From positions 313,655 through 377,654 of the forward strand of contig JBFWLW010000002.1 of assembly GCA_050251945.1 (NCBI GenBank): 64,000 nt of DNA. The letters are read 5' to 3'. Positions 60,462 through 64,000 of this stretch are shown piece after piece (within the stretch, counting starts at the first letter, position 1; each line of letters begins with the position of its first letter). The stretch comes from Deferribacterales bacterium (GTDB lineage Bacteria > Chrysiogenota > Deferribacteres > Deferribacterales > Geovibrionaceae). The notes beneath the pieces are model-generated. The model saw only the letters and a program-made list of their open reading frames with translations, made no database searches and was not told the DNA's origin. The position numbers were made by a program, and so were the translations under genes.

Positions 60462-61082
60462 TTAAGATTTCGCTTTAAAGTAAATCGAAGGCAATGTATC
60501 ACCTGATTTAAGCGTGTTGCCGTTCGCATCCTTGTCAGTATCGGGGAAACCGACAACCGTACGGGCTGCAGTCGGATATTTCGCCGCTATCTCTTCAGCT
60601 GTACCGAAGTCAAGCGCACGCTGAGGACATGAAGCCACACATGCGGGAAGAAGTCCTTCCGCAAGCCTGTCCCAGCACATTGTGCATTTCTGCATAGGGT
60701 GATCAACTGCCCAGCTTGACTCTTTCGCCGGTTCGCTGGTGTCGTCGCCGAACTGGGGCGCGCCGTAGGGACATGCAACAAGGCAAGCTCTGATATCCTG
60801 ACAGATATCGCGGTTGACTATTACTATGCCGTCCTCTTCTCTTTTGTATATCGCTCCCACCGGACAAGCCGCCGTACATGCGGGATTTTCACAGTGGTTA
60901 CAGGACATTACGAGGTTAAATACCTTAACGTCAGGAAATGAACCGGACTCCGTACCTGAAAGTCTTCTCCATTTCGCCTGTCCGGGTTTAACGTCGTTCC
61001 AGTCTTTACATGCAACAACGCAAGTATGGCAGCCCATACATCTTGTCTGATCAAAGTAAAATGCCATCTGTTTAGTAGACAT
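60462..61082 (-). CDS. DMSO reductase family iron-sulfur subunit (DmsB-like)
   Basis: CMGCHTCVVACKDWN, SCNHCENPACTAACP, KCTMC. Confidence 0.9.
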   Translation of the reverse strand: MSTKQMAFYFDQTRCMGCHTCVVACKDWNDVKPGQAKWRRLSGTESGSFPDVKVFNLVMSCNHCENPACTAACPVGAIYKREEDGIVIVNRDICQDIRACLVACPYGAPQFGDDTSEPAKESSWAVDHPMQKCTMCWDRLAEGLLPACVASCPQRALDFGTAEEIAAKYPTAARTVVGFPDTDKDANGNTLKSGDTLPSIYFKAKS

Positions 61083-61094
61083 GTCATACCCCCC

Positions 61095-63977
61095 TTACGC
61101 CTTTTCGATCTTAATGCGGCAATCGTTGCCCGATGTCATACCTTTGCATATTCTGGCGGGACGCGCAGTCATGAGCGTATTCGTACATCCGCCGACATCT
61201 ATGCCTGATGAGTTTTTCTGGAACCAGCCGCCTTCGGACATAAACACAACCTTTTCGGGTACGCGAGCAGTAACCTGAGCAGATGCGTACATTTTGCCTC
61301 TGTCGTTGCTTAAAAGCAGCCTGTCGCCTGTCTGTATGCCCAGTTCAACGGCATCCGAGGGGCTAATCCAAACAGGTTCATAGATCCCATCCTCCCAAAC
61401 GCCGTCTTTCCATTCCCTGTCGGGTTTAAGGAAGGCGGGGTTGCCGTCGGCATCTTTTTTGTAGTTTTCTGCCGCATATGCAACGTTATTGTGGGTGGAG
61501 TGCGTCCTGTACATCTTATGATAGTTGTGCAGTGTATAGACGTATCCTTTGCTTTTTGAACCTGCGGGATCGTCGTGAGCAAGCTCGTCACCGAAATCGG
61601 TGAGGTCGATAGCGTGTCTTCCCTCAACTGTGGGGATATACATGGGGATGGGGTACACATACCTTCTGCCTGCATTGGTACCGTGATATTTTGAATAGAT
61701 AGAACCGCTGTAAAGGTCGGTTTTACCGCCGGAATCAGTGGTGGTGGTGTCTATATTGTCATGATACCTCGCTTCATAGTCCTCTATCATGCCGAGGCAG
61801 TATGCCTCGAATTTTCCGGTGGGCGTGTAAAGAGGATTGTTAGCGGGGTCGTCTCTGAATGCCTTATACTGTATGGGATCCGTTGTCGCTTCCAGATCCG
61901 CCCAGCCTTTTTCGCATATTTCATCATAGGTCATGCCGTAAACACCGGTAAGACCGTAATTATCCCACCCTTTGCGGAGTCTTGCCTCCATACCTGCATC
62001 GCCTGTTTCATATGAACCGAGATATGAACCTTTGAGTCCGAGTTTTTCTGCGATGCCCGCGCATATGGTGTATTCGTCCAGGACTTCACCGGGAGCCTCT
62101 GTCACGACGTTGGATCTGATGAGTTTATCCTGACCGAACCAGCCTGTGATGAACGCAGGCTTTTCACCGATCATCTTAGAAGGGAGCACATAGTCCGACA
62201 TGGCGGCTGTTCCCGTCATAAAAGGTTCAAAGTTGACGATAAGCTCGCATTTAGTCTTATCTTTGTATATTTCGGTGTTGTAATTCACGTCGCCGCTGTT
62301 GTTGGTCATGATGTTAGCGCCTGAAACAAACACTGCCTTGCCGAAGTTGGACGGAAGGTTTTTGACCTGACCGTCATTCCAGCGTGATTTTCCGGTTCCT
62401 GCGTTATCAAAACCGTCCGGAACAACGAAAGCGGGAACGTTGATACGTGAAGCGGACGGCATATACGAATCGGGGGACGTTATTCTGTCGGTAGCGTAAA
62501 GACCTGTCATTGCAACGTTGTTATCAAGATACATATCATCGGGATCGGGTCCGTATGCGCCTGCTCTGGCTGCGATAACAAATCCGGAAGATTTGCCTGC
62601 GGCGCCGAAGTTTTTTGTAACAACGGACAGGATTCTGTTCAACCATACGCCCTGTTCAGATTCCGTGTGGCGCTGATATCCGAGACCGATATGTGTTGTC
62701 ACTTTACTGTTAAGGTAAAGCTCTGCAAGTTCTCTTATCTTATCTGCGGAAACGCCTGTTATCTTCTCAGCCCATTCTGGTGTCTTGGGTCTCTGACCCC
62801 AGATATGTACTGATTTGCCGTGAAGAACGTCATCTGAATTCACGTTATAGCCTATGGTATCGGGATAGATAGAGGTTCCGTTGTTATTTCCGGCTGTAAC
62901 AAGGTCATTTTCCGTTCCCATGATGAAAGCGGAAAGAGAACCGCCGTCCGGCACAGCATAGCTTGTTGCGTCAACGTCTGTGTGGATAAGTGAGTTGCCG
63001 TTATCAAAGAAACCGTACATATGCTCGTTGACAAAGTTTATATCAAGAGACGCGTAGTGGTTTTTCAAGAGATGATACAGCATCGCCAGAATAAGCGCGG
63101 CATCAGTACTGGGCATAATAGTGACCAGATCGGCATCAAGTGTCGCGGCGGTTTTAGATACCCTTGTATCAACGATGGTTATCGGGATGCCTTTTTCCTT
63201 ACACTGGGTGATATACCACGCAGTATTTGTATCATAGATGGTTTCCATGGGGTTGTATGACCACAGAACAAGATGATCGGAATTCAGAACATCCTGCCTT
63301 GAGTTCGCCATCGGCAGATAATACTGCTTTCCTTCAATAAGGGCGCCGACATGCACAACCGCGGGAACGCTGTAAGAGCCGTAGTGTTTTGTATAGCCTT
63401 CATTGTGCAGGACAAGGAGTTTATTAACCCCGTACCATGACCAGCCGCTGAAGTCGCCGGCGGCATGTATTTTGTGATAAGCACCCACACCGTATGTGGA
63501 TTTGATGGTTTCCATTTTTGCAGCTATCTCTGTGTACGCCTGTTCCCACGTTATCTGCACAAAAGTGCTGAGGTCTCCCCTTTCGCCTGTCTGTTTCAGG
63601 GGATAAAGAACGCGGTCGCTTCTGTAAAACGACTGTCTTCTGGAACGGCAGCGAACACACGCCCTGAACTGGGGTTTGTCACCATTATCAAGATCAAGAT
63701 CGTCGCTCTCGTCTGTCACGATCCTTTTGATAACGCCGTCTTTAACATAGTGTTTTGTAATGCATCCGCCGCCGCAGTCATTGGGGATACAGGATATAAC
63801 AGGTTTTTCGGTGATTTTCGGTACCTCGACGGTTTCGTCCTCTTCCATGTAGGTCTTGCCGCCGCCGCCGCCACCGCAGCCGTAAAGTGCCGCAGTAGCT
63901 CCCGCTACGCTCGCTCCCTTAAGGAACGTACGGCGGGACACATTCGCTTTATCTAAAAGTCTTTCTTTGATACTCAT
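61095..63977 (-). CDS. DMSO reductase family molybdoenzyme, Tat lipoprotein, substrate unknown
   Basis: SRRTFLK, lipobox LYGC-GGGGGG; CIPNDCGGGC...CVRC; YGSYS; TPTGKFE; RTHSTH. Confidence 0.88.
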   Translation of the reverse strand: MSIKERLLDKANVSRRTFLKGASVAGATAALYGCGGGGGGKTYMEEDETVEVPKITEKPVISCIPNDCGGGCITKHYVKDGVIKRIVTDESDDLDLDNGDKPQFRACVRCRSRRQSFYRSDRVLYPLKQTGERGDLSTFVQITWEQAYTEIAAKMETIKSTYGVGAYHKIHAAGDFSGWSWYGVNKLLVLHNEGYTKHYGSYSVPAVVHVGALIEGKQYYLPMANSRQDVLNSDHLVLWSYNPMETIYDTNTAWYITQCKEKGIPITIVDTRVSKTAATLDADLVTIMPSTDAALILAMLYHLLKNHYASLDINFVNEHMYGFFDNGNSLIHTDVDATSYAVPDGGSLSAFIMGTENDLVTAGNNNGTSIYPDTIGYNVNSDDVLHGKSVHIWGQRPKTPEWAEKITGVSADKIRELAELYLNSKVTTHIGLGYQRHTESEQGVWLNRILSVVTKNFGAAGKSSGFVIAARAGAYGPDPDDMYLDNNVAMTGLYATDRITSPDSYMPSASRINVPAFVVPDGFDNAGTGKSRWNDGQVKNLPSNFGKAVFVSGANIMTNNSGDVNYNTEIYKDKTKCELIVNFEPFMTGTAAMSDYVLPSKMIGEKPAFITGWFGQDKLIRSNVVTEAPGEVLDEYTICAGIAEKLGLKGSYLGSYETGDAGMEARLRKGWDNYGLTGVYGMTYDEICEKGWADLEATTDPIQYKAFRDDPANNPLYTPTGKFEAYCLGMIEDYEARYHDNIDTTTTDSGGKTDLYSGSIYSKYHGTNAGRRYVYPIPMYIPTVEGRHAIDLTDFGDELAHDDPAGSKSKGYVYTLHNYHKMYRTHSTHNNVAYAAENYKKDADGNPAFLKPDREWKDGVWEDGIYEPVWISPSDAVELGIQTGDRLLLSNDRGKMYASAQVTARVPEKVVFMSEGGWFQKNSSGIDVGGCTNTLMTARPARICKGMTSGNDCRIKIEKA

Positions 63978-64000
63978 TGTCTCTGCTCCTATTGACTATA

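Overview
Chromosomal window from an anaerobic respiring bacterium; gene content and style suggest Deferribacterota (Seleniivibrio/Denitrovibrio/Geovibrio-like), which is an inference. 1-19 kb: rnj (partial), a divergent UbiD-like protein, an MCP, ubiE/menG, a signalling cassette (degenerate kinase-like protein, receiver, HDOD, PP2C), metNIQ, LpxR and a ribose operon. 19-64 kb is dense in respiratory modules: two flavocytochrome-c-type reductase modules, a Geobacter-type ext cluster (rhodanese lipoprotein, porin, ExtJ, 12- and 10-heme cytochromes, Rieske/cyt b/cyt c), tRNA-Sec, two DMSO-reductase-family modules, an RcoM-cooS-cooC-cooF-FAD/NAD oxidoreductase CO dehydrogenase cluster and a CZB-MCP. 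Main highlight: the ext cluster lacks the ExtKL selenocytochrome and instead has a PsrABC/PhsABC-type molybdoenzyme inserted, suggesting a hybrid sulfur/selenium respiratory system with two C-terminal Gly-Cys carrier candidates. Other highlights: a sigma54 regulon readable from the DNA (three promoters with a shared ATGCA-N3-TGCAT enhancer), eight copies of a modular palindromic repeat (three inside MITE-like shells), and a small ORF with an in-frame TGA followed by a hairpin. Family assignments are from motif recognition only; no database searches were run.
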